NCBI GenBank assembly: GCA_051294375.1
Contig: CM119264.1
Coordinates: 31,128,135-31,192,134, forward strand
DNA: 64,000 bases
Source of the DNA: Paraspadella gotoi
Taxonomy: Eukaryota; Animalia; Chaetognatha
Direction: 5' to 3'
This document shows positions 1 to 14,988 of the stretch, piece by piece (positions within the stretch are counted from its first letter, which is position 1; each line of letters starts with the position of its first letter). Position numbers and translations under genes: made by a program. The notes beneath the pieces were generated by a model that was given only the letters and a program-made list of their open reading frames with translations, did no database searches and was not told where the DNA came from.

Positions 1-181
1 CGGCCTTTAACGCGCCGTTTCGTGAATTCGTTTATAAACGACGTCGTCGCCGGTTTATCTCACTTTCACGGAATCACGCTGTAGAAGTAAAAAATCTCGA
101 AACTCAACAATATAACAAAAAAAGTTTCACTAACTTTTAATAATCAAGTCAAATCAAATCAAATCATATCGCGCTATTATC

Positions 182-560
182 ATGGAAGAAATAATATCAT
201 CGTCCATCTCTTCCTCCTCCTCCTCCTCATCTTCCTCCTCCTCCTCTTCTTCTTCCTCGGAAATCGTTTTAAAGCGAAAATCCTGTACTCGATTCTTGAT
301 GAAATTCGTGGATTTTGATGGAATTAAATCTGTCGTTAAATTCGTGGGTAACTGTATATTTGTGTATAATTGTTTAACCTGTTGTTTTATGTTTAACTTA
401 ATTAATTATTCGTTGTTTTTTACGTTTTAGTTATTTTTTCTGTTAAGAAAGAAAAAAATGCGAAACCAGTTTGAGAAAAAAGGAAAAATAGAAAATTAGA
501 TCGACGTTTTCGTCTTAATATTTATTATTTTCTACTTTTAAAATGTATTTTTTCATCTTG

Positions 561-625
<65 letters not shown>

Positions 626-2854
626 TCCCTCTCCCTCTCCCTCCCTCCAATCAGAATTCGACGGCACGACAGTTCTCTGTCGCGTTTGTGGAGACAAAGC
701 GAGTGGATTTCACTACGGGGTTCATTCTTGTGAGGGATGCAAGGTAAAGTTGTTGTTGTTGTCATTGTTGTTGTTATTTTTGTTTTCGCTTCAATTTCTT
801 TGTTAAATTTTAATGGCATATTTTTAGTGATGGAGACAATCCCCCTCTAACTTTTAGGATTTAATCTTAAAGCAAATTATTTTTAAAATTCAACGAACGA
901 ATTTGAAAATTCAGACGTAGCTCTTCTTCTCTTTTTTCATTCTCTTGTCTTACGCTTTTCTTTTCCTCCTTCTCTCTTCTCCTCTCTCCCTTTCTTCTCT
1001 CCTCTTCCCCCCTCTCCCTTCTCCCTTCCCTCTCTCTTCCTACTCTCCCCACTCAACAGGGCTTCTTCCGTCGGAGCATTCAGCAAAAGATCCAATACCG
1101 TCCATGCACCAAGAATCAACAGTGTTCAGTATTGAGAAACAATCGCAACAGATGTCAATACTGCAGACTCAAGAAATGCATCTCCGTAGGAATGTCCAGG
1201 GATGGTGAGTGTAGACTGGGANNNNNNNNNNNNNNNNNNNNNNNNNNNNNNNNNNNNNNNNNNNNNNNNNNNNNNNNNNNNNNNAGCTAAGGGGTCAGCT
1301 AAGGGGTCAGCTAAGGGGTCAGCTATTGAGCGGCAGAAGGTTGACGGAAATTGGCAAATAGTAGTATGATGCTAGTGCGGAGTACAATAATTTAATAATA
1401 ATACGTACTTATGTTAAAAAGTGGTTCTTTTATAGTATTTAAAAAAGTTCTTAAAAATATTATACCACTTAATTGATAAGGAAGCATGGTTAATATACTA
1501 GTCTGTGAGAGAGTCTTGATTAAAAGCTTGTATGGTCTTACTATGTTATTATATTGTATGAGTGATGAAGGCCTTAACTCAGGGGCAAGATAGCTTATTC
1601 TTTAAATGAATGAATGATTTTTATAATGGTTGTACCNNNNNNNNNNNNNNNNNNNNNNNNNTGGGACTCGACCGAAGCGGACGGTTGGGGGGAGAAGGGG
1701 AGGGGAAGGAATGGAACAGTGAAGAGGGGAAGGGGAAGGGAGAGGGGAAGAGGGAAGGGAGTGGGGAACAGGGGAGAGGAAGGGGAAGAGGGGAAGAGGG
1801 GAAGGGGGAAGAGGGGAAGTGATCAAAATGTGAAGGGGGCAAAAGGAAGGGAGAGAAATGGTCAAGTTATAAGAGAAATTATAAATATGAAATGTGTACA
1901 ACCACATTATAAAAATCATTCATTCATTTAAAAGATAAGCTATCTTGCCCCTGAGTTAAGGCCTTCATCACTCATCACAATATAATAACATTGGTAAGAC
2001 CATACAAGCTTTTAACAAGACTCTCTCACAGACTAGTATATTAACCATGCTTCCTTATCAATTAAGTGGTATAATATTTAAGAACTTTTTTAAATACTAT
2101 AAAAGAACCCAACTTTTTAACATAAGTACGTATTATTAAATTAAATAATGATACTTCCGTACTAGCATCATACTACTATTTGCCAATTTCCCTCAACCTG
2201 CGTCAATAGCTGACCCCTGAGCTGACCCCTTAGCTGACCCCTTAGCTGACCCCTGAGCTCCCAGTCTACACTCACCACCTGGACATTCCTACGGAGATGC
2301 ATTTTCTTGAGTCTGCAGTATTGACATCTGTTGCGATTGTTTCTCAATACTGAACCACTGTTGATTCTTGGTGCATGGTCGGTATTGGATCTTTTGCTGA
2401 ATGCTCCGACGGAAGAAGCCCTGTTGAGTGGGCGAAGTAGGAAGAGAGGGGAAGGGAGAAGGGAGAGGGGGGAAGAGGAGGAAGAAAGGGAGAGAGGAGA
2501 AAGAGAGAAGGAGGAAAAGAAAAGCGTAAGAGAAGAGAATGAAAAAAGAGAAGAAGAGCTACGTCTGAATTTCAAATTTCGTTCGTTGAATTTTAAAAAT
2601 AATTTGCTTTAAGATTAAATCCTAAAAGTTAGAGGGGATTGTCTCCATCACTAAAAATATGCCATTAAAATTTTAACAAAGAATTGAAGCGAAAACAAAA
2701 ATAACAACAACAATGACAACAACAACAACTCTTACCTTGCATCCCTCACAAGAATGAACCCGTAGTGAAAATCCACTCGCTTTGTCTCCACAAAACGCGA
2801 CAGAGAACTGTCAGTGCCGTCGAATTCTGATTGGAGAGGGAGAGGGAGAGGGGA

Positions 2855-2898
<44 letters not shown>

Positions 2899-3604
2899 GA
2901 GAGAGAGAGAAGCAAGATGAAAAAATACATTTTAAAAGTAGAAAATAATAAATATTAAGACGAAAACGTCGATCTAATTTCTATTTTTTTCCTTTTTTCT
3001 CAAACTGGTTTCGCATTTTTTTTCTTTCTTAAACAGAAAAAATAACTAAAACGTAAAAAACAACGAATAATTAATTAAGTTAAACAAAACAACAGTTAAA
3101 CAATTATACAACAAATATACAGTTACCACACGAATTTAACGACAGATTTAATTCCATCAAAATCCACGAATTTCATCAAGAATCGAGTACAGGATTTTCG
3201 CTTTAAAACGATTTCCGAGGAAGAAGAAGAGGAGGAGGAGGAAAGATGAGGAGGAGGAGGAGGAAAGATGGACGATGATATTATTTCTTCCATGATAATA
3301 GCGAATATAGATTTGATTTGATTTGACTTGATTATTAAAAAGTTTAGTGAAACTTTTTTGTATATTGTTGAGTTTCGAGATTTTTTACTTCTATCAGCGT
3401 GGATTCCGTGAAAGTGAGATAAACCGGCGACGACGTCGTTTATAAACGAATTCACAACGGCGCGTTAAAGGCCGCGCTCGCGCGTGATCGGATGCAGATC
3501 AGGTGCAGATCAGGTGCAACCAGAGCGTAGGCGAATCGACGCGAGATAATTAAGAGGAGTTTAATCTTCATAAAAACAATAAACTTAAGCTCGAGAAAAC
3601 TAAT

Positions 3605-3688
<84 letters not shown>

Positions 3689-6600
3689 GAAGCCATGGGG
3701 TCTCTCGGCATTTTTTTTAATACCGATCACCGAAGGATTTTCTCCAGATTTTCTCGTTGACTTTGATGATTTTCACAACGACGTTCCAACGTGATTCGTT
3801 CACAAACGTAAAAGCAGAGAAACTCATTTACGCCAAATGGTCTAATGTTGTTGTCTGTTGTTGTCGTTGTTGTTGTGGTGTAGAAAAGATTTTGAGACTT
3901 TGAGGTCGTCTGTTTCGGAATCAAGGGGCGGAATTGTGAAGGAGAAGAAAAGCGGTTAATGGTTAATGGGTAAATGGATTTATGGATTAATATATGATTT
4001 ATGATTCAAATAAGACAAGAAATGATTAATGAAGTTAATGAGTTATGGAGTATAAGTAATAGAGTTAATGGAAGTTAATAGCATTTAGCTTATGATTTTT
4101 TTTATTTTGGAACAGGTATTTTTGAATGTAGATGACGGAAAAAAAGCCAAATTTGAATTGATATAATTTTTTCTAGTTTTCATAAATTAGGAACAAAATA
4201 ACTTTTTTAATAAAAATTTATTTAGAAGAAAAAATGACGAAGACAAAATTCATGGACAAGAATAACAAAACTTTCACAATAAAATTTTCAGCGTTTAGTC
4301 TAAAAAATAATAGAAAGTCTTTTGGTTTTCCTTCCCAATTCTTCTTTCCTCCTTCGTCTAACCTTTCCCCTCACTCTTCTTCCTTCTCCCCTTCCTCCTC
4401 TTACTCCCCCTCCCCTTCTTCCTCTCTCTCCCTCCACTCACTCCCTCTCCCCTTCTTCTCCTTCAACCACAACCCGCTCCGTCTCGTTCTTAAACACTGA
4501 GTCTATTGCTCGACGCATGAGACAATTCCTTCGAAGTGTTTCCAAATTGTCTCAGGAATCCATTGTTTGGTCTCACTGACGTCTTCTTCTCTCTTTGACG
4601 AATTCGTAAGCGCACTGTGCCGACCATCGACGCGACTTCATGCAGAAAGGCGTTCACTTGGGCTGCCGATCGCGAAGACGCCCTTTTTGCATGGACGAGC
4701 ATCGTCCGCCTGAGAGCTTCAACCTGAAGAAGAGATGGGGAAGAACAGATGCAATCTGTAATGAGAAGAGATGGGAAGACAGATGCATCTGTAATGAATT
4801 GCAAGATGGAAAGTAGCCAGAGGAAAATAATAGAAATAAATGTACAAAAGTAACGGAAAAAAATCTAAGATAAAAATGTGTAATATATTTTAAAACAGTT
4901 TACAATCAATTGTCATAGCTTTTATTTGGTTAAATAATATTTATAATATATTTAGGAAGGTTAATTTTAAAAAAATAACTTACTTTTTCCCAAATACTTG
5001 CTGGTTTTCGTGCCAATACTTTAAAGTTCGTAGTTTTCCACGTCATATTCTCTTCACGTTGGTAATAAATCGAGGATCCCAGGGAAAAACGTTGTCGATC
5101 TCTTTGGCCATGTTTCATGATGTGGCCGACTCATTTGCGTCAGGTTCCTATGGCAACCGGCTAAATATTCGATTGATCGTTCATGTTTCACCAATACCCG
5201 TTTAATTCTTTGGTATTTTTATTCTACTTCGACTGAAGTTCAATTTTGTAAAAAGAGAACTGGTTTCTGTAATTAAAACGAAGTAAATTGTCAAAAGGTT
5301 TTAAAGACTCGAGACAGGGGAAAGAAATCATTGCCAAACTTGGAAAAGACTACTATTATTTATTAATCTATTTATGGAGTACGCCTATCATTGTTTTGAA
5401 AAACGATTTATAACGCAATTAACTGCCTCAGAAACAGAGACGAGCCTCTTCTTCGAACCCACCAAATCGCTCGTCCACCATCTCCCTCCACCAAACTACC
5501 ACCCCTCTTAAAACCCCCTTTCGTCCAACATCCCTCGAGGTTGGACGCGTTCACTCGGATCCAAGAAAGAGGAAGTCGGGCAGGATCTCGAGGGCCGAGT
5601 CCAATTGTCCGAAGGATAGTTGAGGCATCCTCGTCGTCGACGAAAGACTTTGAAGGATCGCAGGTCACGAATGAGGCCTCTTTTCGAGCAGAAGGCGGAG
5701 TTCTCAGTCGTGGAGAACTTCGTCCTAAGTCCACTTCCACTTTTTTGGAGGATGTTTGATGTGTAAAAAAAATATGAGAATAATAAATTAAAAAAAGATT
5801 AGATGTTTAAAAAACAAAGATAGTGTGGAAACTGGAATCAGTGGATATTATATTTATAAAATTTGAAACTGATATTCTAAGCCTTAAAAAAATTGGAAAC
5901 TAAATATTCTTAAACCTATAAAATTGAAAATAAAATTTTAGACACAACGATGTAAAAAAAAAAAACAACTTAAAAAAAACAAGTTATGGTTAAAAAAAAA
6001 GAAATAGGGAGATTTAACGCCTCATAAATATTAAATGTTTCAAAAATATTTTCCTCTCAAAACTTAAATCAACCCTGGTCATAATGTCTCGAGTTCCAAC
6101 CCGGATGTCAGTGCCTACCCGCTTGTCATAAGTGTCTCTGAGTCCCAACCCGGATGTTTGTGCTCTTTAAACACTGTGAATCATCAACTTTGTCTTCAAT
6201 GGATGATCGAGCTTGAGAGAAATGTCTGGCATCAAGATTCCATTCCTTTGTTTTTTTTGAAGCGAGAAGACAGGATCACATGAATGAAAAAGAAAAAATA
6301 GGGGCACGGTTAGCACGTTTACAAAACTCAACACCCTCGTGCTAATAAATTGGAGCTCTATTTTGAAAAAAACGCCCGTTTCTGGCGCCATAATCCCATA
6401 ACTTTAACTTAATGTTGATATTTCAACCTAATTACCTTAAAACCACTTAATCTTCTAACCTAGTTCCTAAATCTCAAACCGTATTCTTTAACCGTATCTT
6501 TTAACTTTACAACTTAATCCCTAAACTAATCTTAACCTGCTGCTATTTAAACCTTAACTTTTAACCCAAGTGAACTAAATTCTGGATTTAATTTGAATGT

Positions 6601-9600
6601 AGCAGATTTTTTAATCTTTAATCTATTTTACATAAAGCTAGTAGTCTAGATAATGTTTCATTCATTTTGATAGAATTTTTTTATAAGTCTTTTTTGATGG
6701 ACCTTATGAGTAAAAATTTGATCCGTTTAAAAATTAATAAATTAAATTATATAATATAATATGGCCCCCGACCCAACCTTTAACCAAAACTTGTCCGCCG
6801 TAGTAAGTCTTTCTTCGATAATATTTGGTCCAGCAAAAGGGGCGTTGCCCCAAAAGTAAACGCTTTACTCTCCTCCGCTTTCGCGATTCAAATTGTTGAC
6901 GATTTGAATGAAGACCACATCGTGAAGACGGAGACGGGCTTGAGATGAGAGGGGCTGAAGTTGTGCTCGTCCAGGGTGGTTCACGTAAGATTGGAAGATC
7001 AACCCCGCCATATTTTTTTTGTTCGGTTTACGTGGTCAGAATTTTAATAAATGTACAGAATTGAGGGCTAATTTATTTTTAATTTCGTCGCTGTTAACCT
7101 CACAGCACATCCGCATCACCGATACGTAAAGAACGTCTCACCGTCGTCATGCCAGCGTGATTTCGCTCTTCGGCATAAATCCGGATGATGACGCCGAGAG
7201 ACAAGTTTCCGGCGAAAACGTGAAAGTCCGAGAAATCACTGTTCTCGTTGGAAATCTTTGGGTCCAACGAACGACAGGTATTTGGCTTTAGGGGGGGGGT
7301 TTAAGATTTGGAGGATTTAGAGATTAAGAGATTTGGGATTTAGAGATTTGGGGATTTTGGAATTTAGAGATTGGGGAATTTAAGACGATTGAGAGATTTT
7401 GGAGATTTAGAGATTTAGAATTTGGGAACTTAGAGATTTTAAGATTTGGGGATTTTAAGAGATTGGAAATTTAGAGATTTGGGGATTTAGAGATTTAAGT
7501 TGGGATTAGAGATTAAGATTTGGGATTTAAAGGTTAACGATTTGAGAATATGGGAAGGTTTTCAAATAAGGATCAGAATTAGGATTTAAAATTTAGATCT
7601 GAATTTAAGATTTAGATCGGAGATTTAAAATAAATTTAAAAAGATTTATTTTTATGATTGTTTTAGATCAAGATTTAGGAATAAGATTCATGGGGCTAAG
7701 GTTAATATTAAAATGAAGCTAATTGGATTGGGGATTTAAGATTGTTCAAAACATACAAATTGGGATTTAGGAATAAGAGACTACACGGAATAAGAACATT
7801 AAGAAGTAAAAAATTTAAGATTTAAGCATTAAGATTTATAAAAAATCTCAAATAACCTTCTCCTTCTTCGTCATTCCAAGCAACAGCGATTTTCAATCAC
7901 ATCATCGCTACCGATAAAAGTGATAATCGAATCTGAGTCGTCTTGTCCTTACAGATTTTCAAAGCTGCTGCCGCGCCGCCGCCGCCGCTCTGTCGTCAGG
8001 GATCTGCTTGTGATTCGAGCTCCCAGTCGAGAGGGTTCAGCTTCAAGGCGTAAGAAGTCGGATGATAAAAAAAAAAAGAAAAAAAAAGAAAGTCTTTTCT
8101 TTTCAATCTCTCTTTCCACAACTTATTTTTCCCATATTCCACCATCATCTTTGTGTTTCCCAACTCATTTTCCAAATCTCCCGTGTACTCTCCACTTTTC
8201 CACAAATCGACTTTCCACAACTAATTTTCCAACATCTCCCCGTGACTCTCCCAACTTTTTCCACAAATCGGACTTTCACAACTGATTTTTCAGCATCCCT
8301 CATTCACTCTATATACCTTTTCACAACTTTTTCCACCGCTTTCCACGTCCCCCAACGACCATGCTTTTTCAAACAAAGTATTTTCTACATCTCTGTTCCA
8401 CAATCTGGTTTTTTTTTCAACAACTCATTTCCACAACCCCCAACACCATCCTCCTCTTTCCACAACCTCCCACCTTCCGCATCAATCCAAGATCATGTCT
8501 CGATTCCTGTTTCACGAGTCTTTCCAGAATTCGACTCTTTTCGCGGACAGACAGTTTGCTTGCAGCTTCCTCCGCCTCCAGACGCGAAGTCACCTCTTCC
8601 GCAGGAGCAGCAGCCGGCACGTTTACGCGGCGCTGCGAACGGAGTTGCGACGGCGCCGGCGCTAATATGCTGCCACCGGCGACTCGATTACGGTCGCCTG
8701 CGAAATGGTCAGGGACAATATAAGTAAGTTCCGTCGAGAAAATAAACACTACTGTCAAATACCAGCTGCAATCTATCACAAACTAATCAATAATGACCCC
8801 AAATCCGGCCATAAATTCCACAAGTTCAGGGGCAATTATCTTTCCACTACTCCTTTGCCTGTCCTACTTCTGCTCCGAGAGCTAACCTGCTTCCCTACCC
8901 AAAACGGACTGCTCCAGTCCGAGTCCCAGTCGATGCTCCTAATCAATCAGTCCAATCTACTAACATCTGCTTCCTTTACCAATAACGGGACTGCTCCTAT
9001 GGGCTACTGGAGCCAGAGTCCCCAGTCAAAGCTGATTTCCAACTTTCCCATTGCCAATCGACTTCTTCGTGCAGACTACACGGATGGCGCTTTTGTCTGA
9101 CTAGCCTGGCGCGGCGAAACCCTGGTAAAGGAATAGTTAATTTGTTATATAATGGTAAAATGGGGTACAGATGGCAAGAGAATGTTATAAATGGGGGTGA
9201 AGTTATAGATTGGGATAGGGTTACAAAATATAAAGATTAAGGATATAAAAGGTTATAAATGGGTACATAGTGGTAAGATGTCCCAGGGAAGGTTATAGAT
9301 AAAACAGTGATACAGAGTATGTATTTTATTGCTTTTAGATTTATTAATTTATTGGATTATTGGATTTTATTTTCAAACCTTTTATTCTTTTTAGCTACAA
9401 CAACCATCCATTCCCAGTATGAAAATCTTACTTAATTAGTATTATTCATGACTAAATACCTAAACGCAAAAATACTAACAACCAATTTAATCCGCTCTTT
9501 CAAAATCCGTTCCTTACCCTCTTCATTCCATAACTTACCTTGATTAAATTCTTACCCTGTTGAGAAAGTTTATTCCTTCTCATTCTGACCGACTTGATCA

Positions 9601-10078
9601 TGGGCGCCGCATCATCCTCGTCTTTGGCCTCGAGCGATGAAATTTGACGAGCGAATCGTCAAAACCTTGAGCGACATCTGGATGGATTCGTTTTGAGGAT
9701 GAATCGTTGGAAGTGCTGGAGTTGTTGAAGTGTTGAATGTTGTCATTGTCGTTGTTGTTGTTGTGAATGTCTCGTCCGGAATGGTGAATCAAAAATAAAA
9801 AATTCGTAGGTAATAAAGTTAGAAATGAAATGAAAAAAATATGGGTCCTCGATAAAAACTTTATTTTTTTAATTAACGTTTTGTACTTTATTATTGTTGT
9901 TTTTTTTATCTTTGATTTTCTTCTTTGTTTATCGTTTTTTTTTTTTTTTGTTCTTCGCTGTTTTTCTGTTTTGTTTCGGAAAAGAAAAAAATGACTTCCG
10001 GTGTTTAGGATCGTGAAACAGCAGAATTTGTGTGTGTGTTTGAGAGACAGATAGTGAGAGTTAGAGAAGAGAGAGAGA

Positions 10079-10132
<54 letters not shown>

Positions 10133-11608
10133 AGAGGAGAGAGAGAGAAGAGAGAGATCTTGAACTCTAAAAACTTTTTTTGGAGCTCAAAAAATCCGTT
10201 TCGGCCTCAAGACGAAAAAACATCACGACACAGGAAAATCGCAGGGGAGGGCCGAATCGAAAAAAATCCAAACAGAAAAAGAGAGAGAGAGAGAGAGAGA
10301 GAGAGCAGAGAGAGAAGAGAGAGGAGAAGAGAGAGAGAGACCCCAAAAGAGAAAAAGCGAGAATCATCGCTGAGATGAATCGAGTCAACGCCAATTGTCA
10401 GAGCAGCGCGATGACCGCTTGCTTGCAGGTTGATATCAATCACTATCAATCAATCAATGATACATTCAATCAATCAATCGATCAGTCCATCTTAATCAAT
10501 TCGTAAACCATTTAACCAATCAATGATTCAATCAATAAATCCACAGATCCATCAATGGATTAAAAAAAATATTCAATAATCAATCAATCAAGCAATAATT
10601 CAATCATTAGATCAATCAAATGAAAATTAGAACTGTCCATCAATGAATCCCACGCTTCATTTATAAGTTATTAATCAAAGAAGCAATAAATCAATTAACC
10701 AATCAATCAATCATTTAAATTAGTCCATTAATCGATCCAATCAATCAATCAATCCAATAAATCAATAAACAGGACGAGTCGCAAATCATAGAGAAGATCG
10801 TCTCATCTCACCTGGAAACTTCGGCCTTCACTCGCGACCGACTTCTGCCTCTCTTCGAGTCCGCGCGGGCGACGCCCTCCTTCGCCCGCTGCCCGCCCAA
10901 CATGGTGAGTGGTTGGGGGAGGTGAGGACCTAAGAAGGCCTTGGGGTCAGGCTGGGTCGGGGCTTATTGGGGAAAGGTTGGAGGGGGAAAGATTGGGCTG
11001 AAGCTGATTGATATTTGGGTTGAGCTTGGGCAAAGCTTAAAATAGGAATTAAATTCAAAAATTCGTAAAAAACGTTTGAGGTAGAAAAATAAAAATGAAT
11101 TATTGGAGGACATAAAACGAGTTTGATTTGAGAAACATTAAATTCGGAAATTTACATATTTTTTAAATAAAACTTGTTGCATGTCAACAAATAATTCATT
11201 TTCTACCTCAAACATTTAACGCAACGAAATAAAAGGAAAACAAATAATGTCTAAAATATATTCTAAATCTATAAAGAAAACCAAATCCAAAAAAAATTTA
11301 GACATTACTTAAACTACTACAATATGCAAATGAGATTAAGGTATTAAATCTTAATTTGAAATCAGTTTCTCTGCTTGAGTATTGGACGGAGTTGAAATGA
11401 GGTTAAAAATGGGGAAGAGAGAGAAGTGAGTAAAAGTTAAGGTAAGGTAAGGGAAGGTTCATCCACCGAATGAACTTGTCATGAAACTTGGAACTCAGAA
11501 TGCAATGGGATTCTTGTCGTCGTCGTTGTTGTCGTTGTCGTCGTCGTCCTTATCATCGATCTGCATCCGCCTTTCGTGATTCTGATTCCCACGAAATCCC
11601 AAAATCCT

Positions 11609-11660
<52 letters not shown>

Positions 11661-11774
11661 GGAATTCCTATGTTTGACAAGGTTACTCGGGCATTGCACC
11701 CTCACCTACATTTTACTTCCCTTCCCGAACATCAAGTTTCAGGGTCAGAGGAAATGAGAGAGAGAGGAAGAGAG

Positions 11775-11815
<41 letters not shown>

Positions 11816-13314
11816 TTGGATTAACGAGTTTTGTCTTTGGAGGTTGAGAGCTAAAATCGATTTTGGGGTTGAAAACCTTTTGACTGAAAGAATGTAAATA
11901 AATGTAAGAAAATGTAAATAAATGTAAGAAAATGTAAATAAATGTAGGAAAATGTAAGTAAATGTAAGAGAATGTAAGTAAATGTAAGAGGATGCAAAAA
12001 AAAATAGGGAAATGTGAATGATTGTAAGAGAATATTCATAAATCTAAGATAATATAATGTTAATATTTATAAGATGTTTTCAGAATATTTTCAGAATGCA
12101 TGAAAGAAGATTTTAAAATAATTATATTTAAGAATTTGAAGCAGATCCTACTGTATCATAGCAAAATAAAGTCTATAATAATTTGTTAGATATTCGCTGA
12201 TTGGATGAAGCGAACCCACTGTAAATTACACTTTAAATTACAGTGTAATTTTTTAACCATAGGATTTTTAAAAATTGCGTAATACAAAATTCAACCTAAT
12301 TTATAAATAATCTAGATATAAGGGTTAAGTTTTACATTTGTCCGACGTTAAATAATCGGTCGGTTTGCCATTAAATGCGGAGTCGGTTTGCTATTAAATG
12401 CGGAGCCGGTTTGCCATTAAATGCGGAGCCGGTTTGCCATTAAATGCGGAGCCGGTTTGCTATTAAATGCCGGGTCAGGCCCACAGCCTCGGAGCGACTC
12501 TATTCTTAATTGGGTTTAATAAAGCGATTTCGTTGTCGTCGTTCAGGGTTAAATTTTAAGAGGAGGAGGGGGAGGAGGAGGAGTAAGAAGGAGAAAGAAG
12601 GAGATAAAGAGAGAAAAGAAAATAAGTAAAAGTAGGAGATGATTAGGAGAAAGAGGGAGAAAAAAGTGTAATAAAGAAAATAAAAGAGGAAAATAAGAAG
12701 AAAAAGAAATAAAATAGAAGCAGAAAAAGAAGGAGACATAAGGAGAAATAGAAAGAGAGAAGGAGCAAAAGAGAAAAAAAAAGAAGGAGACAGAAGAAGA
12801 AGAAAAGTTGTGACAGATCGAGTTTGAAAAACTGAAAACTAAAAACCCTGAACTCGAATCGAAAATTAAAGTAAGTCAGTCACCTTTGGCCCCGTTCCTG
12901 ATTCGGGACCATTCTCTCTCTCTCAATCTAGGTTCTCTCTCCTCCTCCTCTATCTACTCTCCTCGTCTCAATCTGGAAGAGCTCTGCTCTGTCGTCCCTT
13001 CATCTACTCTCATCATATGTTCTCCCTTCCCCTCGCTTCTCTCATCATGTCTCTCTGTCCTCTCTCTGTCGTTAAACTCTTATCTAAAACCCTAAAAACA
13101 TGAAATTTAAAAGTCAAATTTCGATTCAATTCGCAATTATCCTCGTCTTCGTCTTCGTCGTCGTCGTCGTCCTCATCGTCGTCGTCGTCTTCATCGTCGT
13201 CGTCGTCGTCGTCGCTATTTATTGTATTCATTGTAAATCGAATGTGGAGTAAAATCTGCGGTGGGTTTCCTTTCGAACGACCGCGTTTTTCGAGAGGGTT
13301 CAAGGATGTGTTCT

Positions 13315-13363
<49 letters not shown>

Positions 13364-14249
13364 GACTTAGACTTAGATGAAGAAAAAACTTTGAGGGTTA
13401 AAAAGAAAGAAAAAAAGATTAAAAAATATCACACAAAACGAAATCTGTATTTTGTGTAATTTCCTTATCACAGAATTTCAGTCATTACTTATCTTGTTCT
13501 AACAAGATCTCACACAAAATAAATAATTTTCTTTTTACAGACGGCATCGACTGTAGCTAGCTTTGATTAGTAAAGCGAATCCGCTGTAGAGAAGGAAGTC
13601 TCTTGCTGGTTTCCCTGTACACGCGAGGTCAATCGAAATCCTTCTACGATTTTTCTTTCTTCCATTTTTCTTATTTTCTGTTTCTTTTCTTTAATTATTA
13701 TTTTTTTTCACCTTTTTTGTTGCATTATGATCATTTTTTTTTCGTTGTGTTTTGACATTTAGTAAAAAGGTTTCTACAATGATTTATTTGTTAAAAATTT
13801 TTTGTTAAATTTGTTTTTTTATAATTTAAATTTAAGAATGGTTAGGAACATAAAAAGAGAATAAAACATGATCCGTTCGTCCAATGTGTTGCGCCGCAGT
13901 GATTTTGTTTTCACGTGTATTTCCCTGTGATCACATGACTAAATAACATGATATGACTACATGACTACAATAACTTTCTTAGCCTGTGTATTTATGACAC
14001 GCACTGCATCGAAATTCCGTCTTTTATTCCTTATAGTTTTAGGATTTCGGGGCGCAACTAAAAAGAGGAAATATGTCCTTATGTCCGTCTGTTAATATTT
14101 GAGTCTGTCCGTCACTCAATCCTTATATCTCGCAGTCCGTCTCTCTTTCCATCCATCAGTCTGTCTGTCCGTTTGCCCCAGAAATTCGCCGCAAATCCTC
14201 GCAAATCTTTGTCGGTTGATTTCGCAGTGGAATTCGCGATTACGAGGCG

Positions 14250-14311
<62 letters not shown>

Positions 14312-14948
14312 CCTCTCTGTCTCGTTTCTGTCCTCGTTGAATCGTCGGCCGACGCAAAGAGAGACGCGACCCACTTCCGGTCAATGTAGGTCGTCGTCGT
14401 CGTCGTCATCGTCGACGTCGTCATTTTGGGTCAAAATCTTATTCTTCTTCGTCTCTGTGACTTTTGTGTCTCACAAAGCGACGCGTTTTCCTCATTTGTG
14501 ACCACAGAAAAGGACCACAACTGCAAAAATAAATTTATCCAACAACCACGAGAGGAACCACGACTGAAACATCCACAACAAGAACAATAATAAGAACTGA
14601 AACAATAACCATGAGGAGAACAACAACAGACAAGAACATCTTCTCTTTTCTTTTTTCTTTTCTCTCTTTCCTTGAAAGACACGCGTGTCGGTCGGTCAGT
14701 CAGTCGGGATGTCTGTCTGTTGGTACGTCCAAATTAAGTTATTATATAAGTTATAATAATATTTCATCAATTAAGCGTACGTTGGGTAGAAAGGTTATGT
14801 AATGTGGATCCAAAGACACGTAAAGACAAGGAAATACATGTGAAAGAAAGTCTCTACGACGCAAAGTCACTTTTTCATTTGTGGCGATAAATTATTTGGG
14901 ACAAAATGTGTCTTTCCCTTTGAAGATTTTAAATTTGGGGAGCATGTA

Positions 14949-14988
<40 letters not shown>

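Larger units (their letters stand above)
1662..10340 (-). repeat. Inverted, error-rich segment duplicating the 5' part of the E75 locus (probable mis-assembly)
   Basis: 1895-3475 is the reverse complement of 1-1636 with scattered 1-bp indels. The segment begins at a 25-N gap with the missing first half of E75 exon VRFGRVP on the minus strand. Confidence 0.85.

Noticed and set aside
1285-1325. (agctaaggggtc)n as a hormone response element
   Set aside because: GGGTCA half-sites are spaced by 6 bp in a simple 12-bp repeat beside a gap; no specific support.
1-3475. Giant hairpin / endo-siRNA locus, or a two-DBD nuclear receptor
   Set aside because: The arms differ mostly by read-type indels, are joined at a 25-N gap, and the second DBD is antisense; best explained as an assembly artefact.
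4660-4700. Slingshot active site reads [10 protein letters not shown] (no catalytic Cys), suggesting a pseudophosphatase
   Set aside because: One missing and one extra base restore VHCKKGVSRS, and the whole segment is full of such indels.
4490-9677. ssh as a gene nested antisense in an E75 intron
   Set aside because: It lies in the inverted block that splits an E75 exon; the true arrangement is probably upstream on the same strand.
12361-12473. CRISPR-like array (also considered 53309-53468 and 58613-58829)
   Set aside because: Head-to-tail repeats without unique spacers, no cas genes, eukaryotic context.
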